A stretch of DNA of 64,000 nt from Podarcis erhardii (GCA_964252035.1 OZ176205.1); one strand, 5' to 3'; positions 10,081 to 23,835 are shown, numbered from the stretch's first letter. Notes: generated by a model not told the origin, from the letters alone. A program made the numbers and translations.

Positions 10081-11237
10081 TCCTCTTTACCCAGGCATTT
10101 GGTGGCTGCAGAATACTTCCATGAAATAATGGATGAAATAATGTTTTAAATTGTAACTGCTTTTAAAAATAATGTTTTAAATGCTTTTTTTGCTATTAAA
10201 ATGTGGGTGTGTTTGCTGTCTTGAGCTCCTTTGGAAGGGAGGTGGGGATAGAAATTAAATATAGAAATAAGTAATACAGCAGGTGTGGGAAGGCCTTGGC
10301 TCACCAGGTGTTGCTAAACTTACCATTTTGATCAGCCCCACACATTATAACACATTATGGACAGTGGCCAGGAATGACGTGAGTTCCCTACCCCTGTTTT
10401 GCAGACATAGAGTACCTACTGCAGGCTGGCTAAGCCATTGCTTAAAACTGTTCCTTGTGACTCATTCTCATTTTGCCAAGGTAGCATATGAATGTTTCTC
10501 ACAACAGAACCCTCATCACATAGATCCCTCTCTGGCCAACATCAGTGGACTCTGTCAAGGCAGGAGGTGGCACAGGCAGTTTTCCTACATTGCTTTGTGA
10601 GGTAAGAGCCAGCCATGATGAAGCAAATTTGCAGTGGCAACCATGTTGCTGAAATAACACGTATGAGCCAGGACTGGGACAGTCCCCACATAGTTGACTC
10701 ATGGGCCCTTTAAAAGAGAAGTCACATACCTATCAAGAAGCTTTCAAGATGTCTAAAACGTACAACCTTAATTTAGCACTTAGTGAGAGGATATAGCTGA
10801 CTTTAGAAAATTTAACATCTGAAGGCTCTCAGGCGCATGATTTCCTAGAAACTGAAAAATGACACTAAACACAAATAAGTCTCTAGAATGCAAGCTGGTC
10901 TAAAATTAGTAGTTGTTGCTCTTGCAGGAAGGAAATAGTAAAGGAAAGCCACACACATAAGACGTATGATATAGAAAGTTCTTTGGTTGTTGTGTTCAGG
11001 ACATTTTATGCACCTCAAATAGAAATCCACTCAGTTCTTGTTATATAATCGGGTAATATTTCTGTTTTGCCAAGAGCCATAACCTTATATTGCAAATAGC
11101 AATTAAATTTAGGGAACAGAAAATGATCCTTTCATATCCACCTCTTCAACTACCGTATATGCTGTGTTCATTATCATCACTAAATGCAATGATACAAACA
11201 CACACAAAATAGCTTTGAGTTACCCTAAAGACTAAAC

Positions 11238-11323
11238 ACAACGCAGGAATCTTTTTGCCCAACGTGGGGTTCAAACACACAACCCTGGTGTCTCATACTC
11301 TGCAGACTGAGCCATCTTGGGGC
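11238..11323 (-). mobile_element. tRNA-Lys-derived SINE head, internally deleted
   Basis: Revcomp GGCTCAGTC...AGAGTATGAGAC-CAGGGTTGTG...GAACCCCACGTTGGGCAAAAAGATTCCTGC; same family as 58863. Confidence 0.65.
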
Positions 11324-11894
11324 TAAATTATTGATCACAGAGCTGATAGTACTGCAGATTAAGGGATGTTTTCCTGAGCAACCCACAGCTGAGCTCTTGT
11401 GCAGCTTCTAGGAATTTAAATGGAGCTTCTACTAGAAAACATCTTGATGGATTAATGTGAACATAGAAACACAGGAAGCTGCCTGACACTGTACACACTA
11501 TTCCATTTGTATCACAAAAAATACAGTTTTTTCTCAGTCCAGAATCATTTGTGTTAGTCCTCAACAAGCTACTTTTAATGTAGATTGATTCTAGATCCTG
11601 TCATCCAAAAGGGTGGTTGTGGTTACTTGAGACTGTGTGAAAACCCTGCCCTTGATTAGATTATCCACCCTTTTCCTGTCTGCACATGCCCCAGGCGAAT
11701 GAAGAAGGAAGTGGTGATTGCGCTCAAGGCATTCATCCACCCACAGCCTCATTGGGCAGCTGGGGATTCACCACCCGTTGCTGAAACCACCTACATCTCT
11801 TTCCAAATGGACACACTTCAGGTTAATGCAGAATCAATTTGTAATGAGCTTTAGTGAATGAAACTAGTTTCTCAAGAAGCGCTTTTCAGGGGTT

Positions 11895-11917
11895 TGTGTG
11901 TGTGTGTGTGTGTGTGT
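11895..11917. repeat. (GT)n microsatellite
   Basis: Direct read. Confidence 0.9.
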
Positions 11918-12689
11918 ATGCAATAGATCTAGATTGTGTGTAGTCTGCATATATAAAAAATATAGTCTCCATGGATTCTAGAATATAATATGTGTACACA
12001 GCCTTCTACCGAGTCAGTTCACTGGTCCATCTAGTTCAGCATTGTCAACACTGACTAGCAACAGAGCACCAGGTCAGTGTCTCAGAATGTCAAGGATTGA
12101 ACATGAGAACTTCTGCATGCAAACCAGTTATTTTCCTACTTCTCTGCAACTTTCTTTTTTTGTAGAGAAGAGTTGGGAACACTAAGATCAATGGACTCTG
12201 CTATTCACAGATCTCATCTCAAAACCAGTTATAAATAATATCTAGGCAATATGACTTAGGTGTACTTTGAGTAGACTAACTGAAGCCAATGAGACTTCAG
12301 TTAGTCATAACTAACTTGCATTCTGTTGAATTCAGTTGGTTAGCTCTAAGCATCACAAAGTCAGCAACTAACCTAATGTTTCAAACAATTGCAATATATA
12401 TGAATGGTTCACAGGATAGGTTCCATGTCTTCTGCTTCCTTTCTAAACATTTTGACATGGCACTTGCTGCTTCCAAACTAGATTAACCTTAGTTGGTCAA
12501 TGGTTTAACTTCTCAATGAATTGATATCAATAAGACTAGTTCAGTGTACTGTGTGAATGAAATGTCCTCTAAAGAACACTTTGAAAGCACCAGGCATATT
12601 TAATTCAAAGAAGTAACAGTCCAATAATATTATGCTCAATTTTCTATAGCAGGTAATGTTGACAGAATTTAAGACTGCATTACATATTC

Positions 12690-13080
12690 ACAGCTGCAGG
12701 GGGAGCAAAATGGGGTTGAGGGTGAGGTTTAAAGACTGTCTCAAGCCAAATATTTTAAAATGTAGTATAAACACTGACAACTGGGAAACACTGGCCTGCG
12801 AGCGCTCCAGTTGGAAAACAGCCTTTACCAAAGGTGTCATGGGTTTTGAAGACACTCAAACTCAGGACGCAAGGGAGAAACATGCTAAGAGGAAGCCACG
12901 TATGGCAAATCCACACCATGATCAACTCCCACCCGGAAAACAATGTCCCCACTGTGGAAGGAGGTGTGGATCCAGAATTGGCCTCCACAGTCACTTACAG
13001 ACTCATTGTTAAAATCGTGTTTATGGAAGACAATCTTACTTGGCTACGAGTGATCCCCAAAGAAGAAAAGAAGAAGAAGA
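12690..13080 (+). mobile_element. RTE-clade LINE 3' end
   Basis: RFKDCLK...WETLACERSSW and C-terminal CPHCGRRCGSRIGLHSHLQTH zinc finger, then an (AAG)n tail. Confidence 0.88.
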
Positions 13081-14319
13081 TCTGGGCAGTCATGTGAAAG
13101 CTAACTATCAATGGTTGCCAGATAGCTAGCTATCATGTGAAAGCTAACTATCCATGGTTGCCCGATTTACACAGTCGCTGAGATTAGCTGGTTGGACATC
13201 CCAGGGTAATTGTAATAAGTGGTCTTGGACCATTTGATGTTCTCCCATTGCTGAAGTTGAGCCAAACTAGTTATTATCCTGATGTCTGGTTTCTGCTAAA
13301 AACAGTGGATGTGTTGTTAACCATTTAATCCCTAACATTCAGTAGAATTTTATATTGTGTCATGTGGAGCTGAATCCACCCCACATAACTGGCTGCTAGT
13401 GGGGCTCAGGGAGACAGGGGATATACAAAACATAGTGATGTCTAGAGTTCTGCTAGATAGTAAGGGGACTGAAGATCTAGGTGAATATTGGGCAATATCT
13501 CGTTTGGGTGTGGACGTTATTCTGTGTTAAAGCTATTTTGAACATTCTAAAGGAACAGTACAGTATTATAACAATAGGAAAGGAATAATTGCGGAAAGCA
13601 TATTTTATGTGAAAGTGACTAGTCTAGCTAAATGGTTACTAAGAAATCTTTTCAAGTAAATGAAACTGCAAAGCAACACCAACTAGAAGACCCAAGTCTA
13701 ACAATAGAAGAAGAGGAAAAGAAACTGGTGATCCCTGCAGTCTCAGATTCTCAGTCAGTTTTTGCTCATTTTGCTATCTTGAGGTTAATAGCAGTGATGG
13801 TTTGGAAACTGACATTAAAACTGTATCCTTTGTAGATAGTAAGTTATACTTTGTACAGAGAAATAGATTGCTTGTGCTGCTGATTCCCCCCCCCCCCAAG
13901 GTTCACTATTTGTTTTAACATATTGAAAAGAGCAGGTTGGATACATCTTACAAACATCTGTTTCTTTATAAAGGTAAGTAGTAAATTGGAGTTTGTTTTT
14001 TGTTCTCTCTTTCTCTTGCTTTTTTTTTCAATATGTATCTCCTTTTGAAGCTAAGTGGTAAATCAGAGTTTACTATTACTATTTATTAAATTGGTATACC
14101 ACCCTTCATCCAAAGATCACAGGGAGGTTCACAACATAAAAATACAAAAGAAGAACACAAAATACACAATGAAAACAGGAACAAACCAAAACCCCAGCTC
14201 CCACAAACACAATCAAAAGGACATAAAATATTAATCAGCCCAACACCTGGTTTTTCTGGAAAATGGTTTCAAAGTATATGATGAAATTTTACAAAACTTT
14301 TGTAAAACACTTTTTTTCT

Positions 14320-14700
14320 AAAACTACATACAAGAGGCCCTGCTACAGTATCCCTGAATCAGTTGGCCATCCTTAAAACTTGGTTTAAAATCCTGCAATG
14401 AAGGAAAACCTACCACCTTCTGCAACAGTCTTGCCCACTGTTGAGCAGCTTGTATCAACAAGGAGTTCTCCTTGTTGGCCAAAATCCTTTTTTGGCCAAA
14501 ATCCCCTTTCTTGTCATTTGATCCTGTTGGTTCAGGTCCTACCCTCTGGAGCAGAAAAAAAAAGCAAATCGGCTCCAATTTTTCTAGCCTTTGAAGACAA
14601 CTGTCATTTCATATCTCACTCTTATCTTCTCCATGCTAAACATACCCAACTCCTTCAGTTTTTCCATGGTCCCTAACCATCTCTTCCACCCACTGTCTAT
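14320..14700 (-). mobile_element. CR1 LINE fragment
   Basis: Minus frames ELGMFSMEKIRVR.EMTVVFK and QQWARLLQKVVGFPSL, typical of the CR1 ORF2 end. Confidence 0.8.
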
Positions 14701-15849
14701 TCTTCTTATTTTCTTTGTCACTATGTTGTACTCACATTCTAAAATCCCTTTGTTCAAACAACTACAGTAATTACAAATGGAATAAAAGTGGACTTTTTCC
14801 AATCCCACTTAGTAAAAGATGAGGGCTAATTCAGACTTGCATTTGACCTGTGCCTAGAAAGCACAAGACAAGTGGGAAACAATTCAGACAAGGGCTTTCT
14901 AAGCACACCTGGTTTTGCCCTTGTCCTGCTGCTTTCCCTAGGAAAACCAACTCTAGCGATAAATCAGAACAAATGTCAGTCCTAAGAAAATTCAATTGAT
15001 GTTTGCTCCAAATCAGCAAGAAAGATCGGGTTTCCCCAGGGAAAAGTAGTGGGGCAAGGGCAAGTCTGGAAGAGCTCAGAGTTGTCTTTCTGAACTTGAT
15101 TAATCTACTATAAAAAAAATCAATTGGAACAAAAGTTGAGAAAATACCCAGTGACATATGTTTTGAAAAGGATGGAGAGGGTAAATTGCCATTAGACACA
15201 CAAACATACACAAAATGGGTCTATAGGTTCTGAAAGATTCACATGTTTGTTCAAACAATTGTGAGAATGTGACCTGAAATGCAGAATATGGATTATGAGT
15301 TGTGTTAGTTCCCAAACAAAACTTGGGAACATGTATTGTTTTTGGTTGTTTTTAATCAATGAAACAGGAAAGAATCACAATCTTGCTAATGTAGGGTTCA
15401 AGCCCCCCATTAGGCAAAAGATTCCTGCATTGCACCTTTCCAACTCTGCAGTTCTATCATTCTTTGATCCCAACCCAAATGGAAGATAGAGGCACCATGA
15501 AGGAACTTCCTGAATAGCAGGAATTGTGCCAATGAGAAGAAACTAGTGCAATGCTAAACTGCAGCACTGACCTGCTCCTCCCCTTTTTTTAATGAATTAT
15601 TTAAAACCTCACTATCAAGTTGGTTTATAACCTGCTCCTTTCCTTCCCTTTCCTAAAAAGGAATTACTCAACACCTCATGATTAAAGTTGGTTTACGAAA
15701 TATACTAGAACAGCGACCACTCAAGAGGTGGGAGGGGGAGGGAAAGTGCCATGACAGGGTAAAAGAAGCCACAGTTTTAATTTTTATCCTCATTCACCGT
15801 TTTGTAGCCTGAAGCCAATCAAGTCTGACAGAGAAACCTTAATGGGGGG

Positions 15850-16132
15850 AAATAGCCAGCTGGGGCTGAGTGAGACTCAAGGCACCTTTCGTGCAATCCT
15901 TGAAATGTGGCTGTACATGGCACCTTACTGACAAGAAACAGAATTGTCAGGTGGTGAGTGAGGAAGCTAGTATGGGCGGAGAGAGGGAGACTGATGTCTA
16001 AGCAGGCAGGAACTTTGACTGCTTCTTTCACACAGACACACACACACAGCCAGGCGTGCTCTAAGCAGCTTCTGTGCGGCCAGCCCATGAGGTGCCGATG
16101 GGAAGAGGAACTTACATCTGCAGTGAACTGGG
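15850..16132 (+). promoter_or_regulatory. Candidate IL12RB2 promoter / non-coding first exon
   Basis: Non-repeat, CpG-containing segment with GAGGAA ETS/PU.1-like sites (e.g. GAAGAGGAACT near 16102) and consensus donor GG|GTGAGT at 16133. Motif evidence only. Confidence 0.25.
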
Positions 16133-17032
16133 GTGAGTTGCTGCATAAATGCAGATAATAGATATATACAGTGCTTTTTTCTGGGGGGACAACGCAGGGG
16201 TACACATACTCCTAAACATTTTGTTAATCTTTGTACTTTTGTCCATCTACTGGATTTATTTTTCCTGATTTGAACTATAAAATGATGATTTTCTTGAGTC
16301 AAAATGAGAGTACCCCTAAACATTTTTTAAAAGAAAAGATAGCACTGGATATATAACTGAAAAGGAAGGGGAAGAAGGAGCTCATATTTGCTTGGCACCT
16401 GAGGAGAAATCAGGGACATAAGCCTCCTTACTGGGCAAAAGTATAGTGGCTTGCTCCCCCTCATCTTTTTAAAGCAGAAAGAAGCCAAATTGTTTCTTCT
16501 GATTCCATAGTAAGATCTATGGTTTTAAAATAGAGAGTCCTGTTTGGTTCACAGAGCTTACTCTTAGGGTCATTGGGTATGGGTTTAGAGCCCTTCTTGA
16601 ACATAGTGCAGGTAAGGTCCCAGCTGGGCATGGGCAGTGCCCACAGAAATGTTACAGCTCCTGGTGTATCAAAACTTTTGCTAAAGAGAAAAGTTGAGGA
16701 GTGGAGAAGGAGTCGGAGGCATGTACATGAGCGGTGAAGATGAGGTAAGCAGCCATATACCAGTGGAGGAAATGCCTTGCCAAAAAGTCAAACAGGTGAA
16801 CAAGGCATGGAAACGCTCCACTTCATGCCTTGTGTGGAAGCAGCTTTCTTAAAGGAGAACTTGTAGGAGGGAATAGAGGCCCTTTCCAAAAGCTTCCCAA
16901 ACGCTTTTTAATTTAATTTAATTTTTTAATTAAGCTAGTCTTGAGCCAGTACAATAAACCAATCACACGAAATGGATAAGCCAAGTTAAATCTTGTTGCA
17001 GTGGATTCATGTTTCAAAAATCTCTAAATGGG

Positions 17033-17040
<8 letters not shown>

Positions 17041-17078
<38 letters not shown>
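17041..17078. repeat. (AT)n microsatellite
   Basis: Direct read. Confidence 0.95.
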
Positions 17079-17081
<3 letters not shown>

Positions 17082-18122
17082 CACACCCCAAAAAATAAAG
17101 AAATAGATGAAATGCAGAGCCTACAAATAATGCATTGTTTTTAAAATAAAAGGTTTTGTAAACTATCAGGACATTGATGTGATAGATTTGCTGGTGTTTG
17201 CCATTTCACAAATGATTTTGGGGGAGATGGGGGTGCTGAGCCCACTAATTTTGTCTTAAATAAATCTAAGTGGTGCAGGCATGGGGCAGAGAGGAGCTCA
17301 TTATTATAGCATGATCTCTATCCAAAAAGCGTCCAACTAGTCTTCATACAGCTGGGTAACAACTGCAAAATTAATAATAAATCAGTGGAAAAGTCCCTGA
17401 CAATGATGGGGAAGCTGTTCTAGGCAGGTGCTTCATGGCAAAGGACACAGTTGAAAGAGAAAGGGGCCAAGGAGAGATGAGTTTGCTGTGCAAAGCATGG
17501 CTGCAGGAAGAAGCAGGGGATGAGAGATGATCAGCAGAACAAAGTGATGGAGGGATTTCAAAGTGAAGACTAGAACATGAAAGCTGCTATACAAATCAGG
17601 GTATCACTTGCGTGTGTTTGTGTGTAAGACGTAGTCAAAGATTGGGGAATGTGGAAAATTACCAAGCAGATTCCATTTTAAGAAATGTGTAGTACTGAAA
17701 AGGAATGCCTCAAATTCACTGATCCCTTTACGAAGGATTTAAACATTTGAAAACCCCACAGCTGAATGCACATCTTCTTTGTTCCCAACTCTTCCCCTCT
17801 TTATCACAATTTTAAAAATCATTTGTTTTCTCACTTCCTTGTTTAATTCTCCTATTGATGAAATTAGTATAACTGGCACTTGCAAACAATTGTTGTTGCT
17901 CCCACAATTTTTCCTTCCATAATAATCCCATTTGTGAAAAGTACTTTTTCTTTATTTTTAGGTTTCTATATTGTTTAGTGGGTGTGAAGAGAGGGAAAGA
18001 TGTTACAGTCTATGTGTAGATATATTTGAAGATCGAAGGAGCTTCATAAAGCTGCCGCCTTATATTGCCCCACAACTGGTTTCTCACTTTCCCATCCTCA
18101 CTCCCCTCTAATTTTTACATGA

Positions 18123-18460
18123 GGAAAGGACCCTGGTCCAGTGGGACAACATCTGCCTTGCATGCAGAAAGTCCAAGGTTCAAGGTTCTGGGGTCTCCAA
18201 GTAGGGCTTGGAAAAGTGCTTTCCTGAAACCCTGGACAGCAGCTTCCGGTTGATGTAGGCCAGGCATAGGCAAACTCAACCTTCCAGATGTTTTGGGACT
18301 TCAACTTCCACCATCCCTAGCTAACAGGACCATTGGTCAGAGATGATGAGAACTGCAGTCTCGAAACATCTGGAGGGCTGAGTTTGCCTATGCCTGATGT
18401 AGGTAGTACTGAACTAAATGGAGCCATGGTCTGACACGCTTTAAGGTAGCTTCCTATGTT
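18123..18460 (+). mobile_element. tRNA-derived SINE interrupted by a MITE
   Basis: Head TTGCATGCAGAAAGTCCAAGGTTCAA, body GAAACCCTGGA, tail GCTTCCTATGTTC; split at 18261-18396. Confidence 0.7.
18261..18396. mobile_element. hAT-type MITE (136 bp)
   Basis: Perfect 18-bp TIR CAGGCATAGGCAAACTCA; flanks ATGTAGGC / ATGTAGGT (8-bp TSD, 7/8 match). Related cores near 19961, 29240, 29658, 37866, 43644. Confidence 0.85.
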
Positions 18461-19202
18461 CTCATGGCATTGGTGGACTTGGAGACAGTATGGTACCCAG
18501 TAGGCTTCTGGGTATATGGTTTCAGGCAAAGAGAACATATGATTCTAAAGACAGAATTCCATGAATTGGTCCCCACTGGAAGAAAATTCCAAAGAGGGTG
18601 CATTTGATATTTTGCGACTTAAACCTGTGAGGTATTTCCCCCTGCTTCCCTCAACAAACTGCCTACATTAAAAACAATTATTGTAAAAAGGAATCACACT
18701 TCTTTCTTGTAAATGGCCTAGACTGCTCACTCATCCATTTCTGAGCGCTTGACAGAAAAAGAAACCAAAAAGAAAAGCAATTCATCTGGTTTGCTTTGTT
18801 ACCTGACGTATCAACCTGAACAAGCCAGATAGCCATACACCATCTCCCAAAGAGACTGTGGGAACAAGATTCAGTGAAGAAATTTATATTCCTTCCTGAT
18901 GGTGAAAGAAAAGGTTCAAAAAGAAGGTCCAAATTTCCTACAAACAGCAATTTTCTACAGTGACTGTGGAGCTGGAAGCAGTCTGTAGTAATCCCACTAA
19001 GATGATCATTTTATGCTGTTGTAGACAGCAATGTGTAATAGTGGCAGGACCAGTGATATTTGGTGTGGAGACACAAAGGAGAACACAAGACCATCCTTAT
19101 CTTCATTTGGGAAATGCTGGAGGATGTGGAAATATAAAATATAGTACATTATTGAAGTACTGCTATTACAGAATACTTTTGTTGGCAAAATATCCTCCAT
19201 TT

Positions 19203-19339
19203 CAGTGCTATTTTTCTAGAAAAACAGTTGCCGGAACTCACCACAAACGCTCCCCTGTTCTCTTAGAATGACAGTGGCACCCACTTGAGAGATGCCGGAA
19301 CTGAGTTCTGGTGCGTTCCTGCTGGGGAAAAAAGCCCTG
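19203..19339. mobile_element. Short MITE with imperfect TIRs
   Basis: CAGTGCTATTTTTC...GAAAAAAGCCCTG ends; internal GCCGGAACT repeated. Confidence 0.55.
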
Positions 19340-21264
19340 CCCTGTTTGGTTGCTCCTGCCTCCCTTCCCCCCAAAACAGCTGTACTCAGTGACGGTATTG
19401 TCACCCACATGAGATGGCTTAGAAATTCAAAGGTGACATAATTAAACCATTTTTGTTCTTGGCACACAAGCTATTTTCCTTTCTCTCTAGCTGGGTCTTG
19501 TAATTCTGAAACGTTAACAGAAATCTGTTAAACCTGTTTGAGCAGATGTGGGGAGGGAGGGACTGACATTGTACACACACAGACACACAAAGTGTGTGTT
19601 GTTGACTCTCTTGTCATACCAATTCAAAATCTCTGGTGAAACTATCATGTGCGCAGAATGCCAGCATAACTTGAACACAACCGGTGGTGTATGGTTACAT
19701 AAAAAAGAACACACTGCAGTGTAGCCAGAAATGTCATTTAAAGCTTTTTCCAGTCACATAAGGGATGTTTCTGACTTACAGATTAGCACTGTGTGAGAAA
19801 AGGGGAGAATCCAGAAAAGTAGGTTGTTGTTTCCCCCCCTACATTTGCACAAGTTCCAGAGTAAGGCTTCTGAGAAGCCAATTCTTAATATATTCTTTTC
19901 TAAATGGTCACTTTATACTTATATTTTCCTTTCCCACAATTTTTATATTGTAAAACAAAATAGTATGGGGAACCACTGGTTCTCCAGATGTTGCCAAACT
20001 ACCACTATCATCCCTGGTCACTGGTCATACTGGCTGGGGTTGATGCAAACTGTAGCCCAACAACTTCTGGAGGGCCAAATGTTCCCACCCCTATGTTAAA
20101 TAGCTCATTGTCTGAAAACATTAATGGTACACATTTAGCTTTAGATCCATGTGGGTTGACTGAATTTTCCTTCTTGTTGATTCAGGCCAATTATACATTC
20201 ACACTTTCACTGTCAAAAAGAGATCTGTGCAAATGATGATTATAATAAATAAGAAAATCCAATTTGTTACCGTTATCATCATTATTATTTATTAATTTTT
20301 TGAACTGCCTTTTAAATGTGACTCATTTACAAATGTACCATAAAAACAGCTTTGAATCATTAAAAAAAAGTACCAGAAATAATAACTAAAGATAGATTTA
20401 GAAACAAAATGAACACCTCAAGGCAGAGACATTTTCATCCAGCTATAAAGGCTTTTCGAAACAAAAATGTATTCATTTTTTCCAGAAGGTATAGATAATG
20501 AACACCTGTTCTAGTTCAACATTACTAGTTGTTACATTCTTATTGCCAATTATATTACCTATGGCACAAAGCATATGAAAGCAGAAGTAATTTTTGCAGA
20601 CAAAAACAACTTTTGAGGAACTTTTCCATTTGTGCAGATTTCTGCTGATGATACTCCTCAATTAAGTATACATATGATTCCAATTGGATTCATTTGCACT
20701 TGCAATTTCTCTGAAAGATTCAAAGATCAATTCATGTATATTGTACCTTTTCTCGTAATGTGCAATCTAAGTTATTTCAGCACAGCAAACAAAATAGAAT
20801 GGGACTGCTGCTCTTTAACAGCCCTTCACAGTTCTAACCTGTCTCCACTATTCTTGCTCTTCCACCTCATAAGCCTGCAGAGGCCAACAAAACCCTAATT
20901 TTGCCCCTTGGCAGGTAAGGGATGGCAACCATTTCAATGGTTCCACCATACTTGAATATAGACCACAAGTGAGCAAACTACAGCAACTGCATCCAACGCA
21001 GCACTGATACTTCCTTGGTGTATGGCTTAGGGGAAAGGTTTCCCACCCAACTAACTGACAGGATCCAGTTGTGTGTGTATCACACTAAAGTCAAAAAGTA
21101 ATTACTTTTATTTGCTTTTCAGAACAGTGGCTGTAGCTGATCTGCTGTACAAAATGGATCAGTAAATATCATCAGACAGTAACCCCATTAAACCCAGTAG
21201 GGTTTATCACATAGGATTAGGGGGTTATCTGTGGTACCCATGGTGAAAATGGAAGCAAGACAGT

Positions 21265-21599
21265 CTATATCTGAAATATACTCAGAGTCCGGTAATGATT
21301 TCATGCTCTTTATTGTAGCTTGTAAAACAGTGATTGAATTGCCCCCCAAACCTCAGGCTTTTATATACATTATTTGCACAATGAGTCCCGTCTGATTGGC
21401 TGATTCTGCTTCCCTCCTGGACCCTGATTGGTCTTTTCCTGCAGGCCAATCAGTTGTTGCATTTTAGGATTCTACCAGCCTAACAGGCTGATTAACTTCT
21501 TCCTGGAGCCTGATTGGTCTTCTCCTGCAAGCCAATCAGTTGTTGCATTTTAGGATCCTACTTGCCTATTGTTCTAGGATCCAAGGTTAGTACATAACA
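21265..21599 (-). mobile_element. Solo LTR with duplicated CCAAT module
   Basis: Minus strand starts TGTTATGTA, has TATATAAAA (plus 21359-21367) then AATAAA (plus 21309-21314); two ~87-bp tandem units with CCAAT boxes. Left boundary is uncertain. Confidence 0.65.
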
Positions 21600-22690
21600 A
21601 TATCCTGGATTAGTTAATCCAAAACATCTTCATCTCTGGGTCTGCCCGCCACCAGCAATGTGGTTCTTGATAGAAGGAAGGTTGCCCACCGCCCTGACGC
21701 AGGCACCCCCCTTTTTTCAGAGAGGACCTGGCAACTCTAACGCTATGAGCAGCACATTTTGGGGAAAAATCAGCACTAGGATGTTTATCTGAACTGATGC
21801 AACCCAAAGGCTGCTATGACCTTTGGAATGATTCTGTTTCTCTGTTTTTGTTTAAGCACTTGTGCTTCCAGAAAAGACAGAGAAGCAGCAGCATTTGCTC
21901 ATGAACCAGAAAAGAAACCCAAGAAATATTGCTAATGAAAGGCAAAATAAAAAATAAAAAAATTACAAAGAGCTGGGGAATCCCTAAAATTAGGCCCTGC
22001 TCCTAGAATGAGCTTCATGTTTTATTGTAACGGTCTGTTATTTATTGTAAAATCCAGATGCTCAACGTTGCACTGAAAAGTCCCAGGAGCTTGGGATGTG
22101 GTGGTGGAGAAGCTCTGCCTTCCTGTTCTGAGAAGTAGAAAAGATCCCTCAACCCCATTACCTTTGATGAGTAGCTAAAGGGTTATTCCCCCCCCCCCAC
22201 ACAGAGATTTATTTGTTTGTTTTAAAACAGGGCAAGCAAACCCCAGCAAAAACCCGTGCATCAAGATGTTCTTCACAGCACATGTTCCCTTAAAGGTTTG
22301 GCTTTTAGTACACATGGGAATAGGTAAGTATTTATAATCCCAAACAAATGCAGTGGCTTCACTATTTGGGGTTGGGGGGGATCCTTGGCCCAAACACCCT
22401 CAGTTGGATTCCTAAACCTGGAAGTGTTCTGTGCCTGGCAGGCGCAAACCTGAGAATCTTCTCATGAAGATGCTCCTACCAAGTAAGACAATTGGCTCCC
22501 TTTGGCCCAGTACAGTCTACTCTGACCTATTGCAAGTCCCAAAGGCTTTAGGCAGAGGTCACTCTCATCACCTGCTAACGTGCTTTTAAGTTGGAGGTTT
22601 CAGAGGTTAAGCCTAGATCCTCATGAATGCAAATAACATGGCCTGCTATCGTCGTGATGCATAGTACCATCCCCAGTTGGGAGTGATGAG

Positions 22691-22860
22691 CATAACAACA
22701 TAAGGAGTGCCTGCTAGATCAGGCCAGTGGCCCAGTTAGTCCACCATCTTGTTTTCCCAGTGGTCAACTAGACACCTATGGAAAGCCCGCAAGCCAGTCC
22801 TGAGCCTTCTCGCCTCCTGCAGTTTCCAGACACTGGTATTCAAATGCATACTGTCCCCAA
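22691..22860 (-). mobile_element. CR1-like LINE 3' end
   Basis: Revcomp ends GGACTAACTGGGCCACTGGCCTGATCTAGCAGGCACTCCTTATGTTG, similar to CR1 tails. Confidence 0.55.
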
Positions 22861-23108
22861 CCAACCTTTTATCAGGCTGCCACTAAATCCCAGTCGCAAG
22901 ACCCTTTGGGGACTACTGTCTTTGCCACAGTGAGTTTCCATCTGTTAAGAAACCTTGCTCATTTGGGGGGACTGCATGTTCTGGGGAAAACTCCTCCTTT
23001 TATTTGAACTGTTCTATCAGAAAGCATCACATTTTCCTTTCCTTTTCTCAATCTAGGAGTACATTTTGGGAGCTCAGTTGCTTGCAACAGTAAACAGTTG
23101 AGTAGCAT

Positions 23109-23112
<4 letters not shown>

Positions 23113-23151
<39 letters not shown>
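23113..23151. repeat. (CT)n microsatellite
   Basis: Direct read. Confidence 0.95.
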
Positions 23152-23153
<2 letters not shown>

Positions 23154-23505
23154 ACAAATATTCTGTTTATGTATTAGGCTAAAAACATTGTTAAGAACCA
23201 CCCATCAGAGTTCCTAATTGTATAGCACTCTGCAGAGCCAATACATAGATTTACCTACTAGGAACTGCATATTGACTGTGGGGCCTATTGCTGCAGCAAT
23301 TGTAATTGCAGATAAAAGGACAGGCTGAATTATCTCTAAAGAACCTGCATTGATATTGACACAGGAACTACTTAAGCCTTAAGGGATATGGTTATTTCAT
23401 TTTCTGTAATTGTTTCCAGCCATTTTCAGTTGTGTGCGAGAGTGCAGGAATCTGTCCTATGGCCATATATACTTTACAGTTCATCAGAAGTCCTGCTACA
23501 ATAAG

Positions 23506-23533
23506 ATGGCTCATTTGTTGCTTTTGATCGCAA
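23506..23533 (+). CDS. IL12RB2: Candidate IL12RB2 first coding exon segment (MAHLLLLIA)
   Basis: Acceptor tttacag at 23479, ATG GCT CAT (human IL12RB2 also starts MAH), hydrophobic run, AA|GTAGGG donor in phase 1. Junction to the next exon needs +1 nt (see findings). Confidence 0.4.
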
Positions 23534-23569
23534 GTAGGGGCTTATCCAAACTTCTGTTTGTCCCACAGC

Positions 23570-23835
23570 TAGGGTTGCCATATTTTGAAGAAGAAAAAAA
23601 GAGGACACATTTGCCAGAAACTGGGGCAGGGGGGAGGGGATGCAGGACCAGGGCCACGCCATGGTGGGGTGCGCATGGGAATGACATTGGTGGGCACCAG
23701 AGAGTGACACAGGAAAATTTGGTGCAAAAGGAAACTCCCCGGACATTTTGGCAAATTCAAAAGATCTACCCGAACAGAAATTTAACTCTGAAAAAGAGGA
23801 CTTGTCCTGGAAAAGGAGGATGTATGGCAACCCTA
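23570..23835. mobile_element. MITE with 13-bp TIR
   Basis: TAGGGTTGCCATA (23570) / TATGGCAACCCTA (23823-23835), perfect inverted repeat. Confidence 0.8.

Noticed and set aside
13632-13835. 67-aa ORF with an EEEEKK run
   Set aside because: No recognisable domain or splice context.
18700-19200. Coding-looking stretch (IFYSDCGAG) hinting at a transposase relic or pseudogene
   Set aside because: Multiple stops in all frames and no family I can recognise; a tBLASTx search would be needed.
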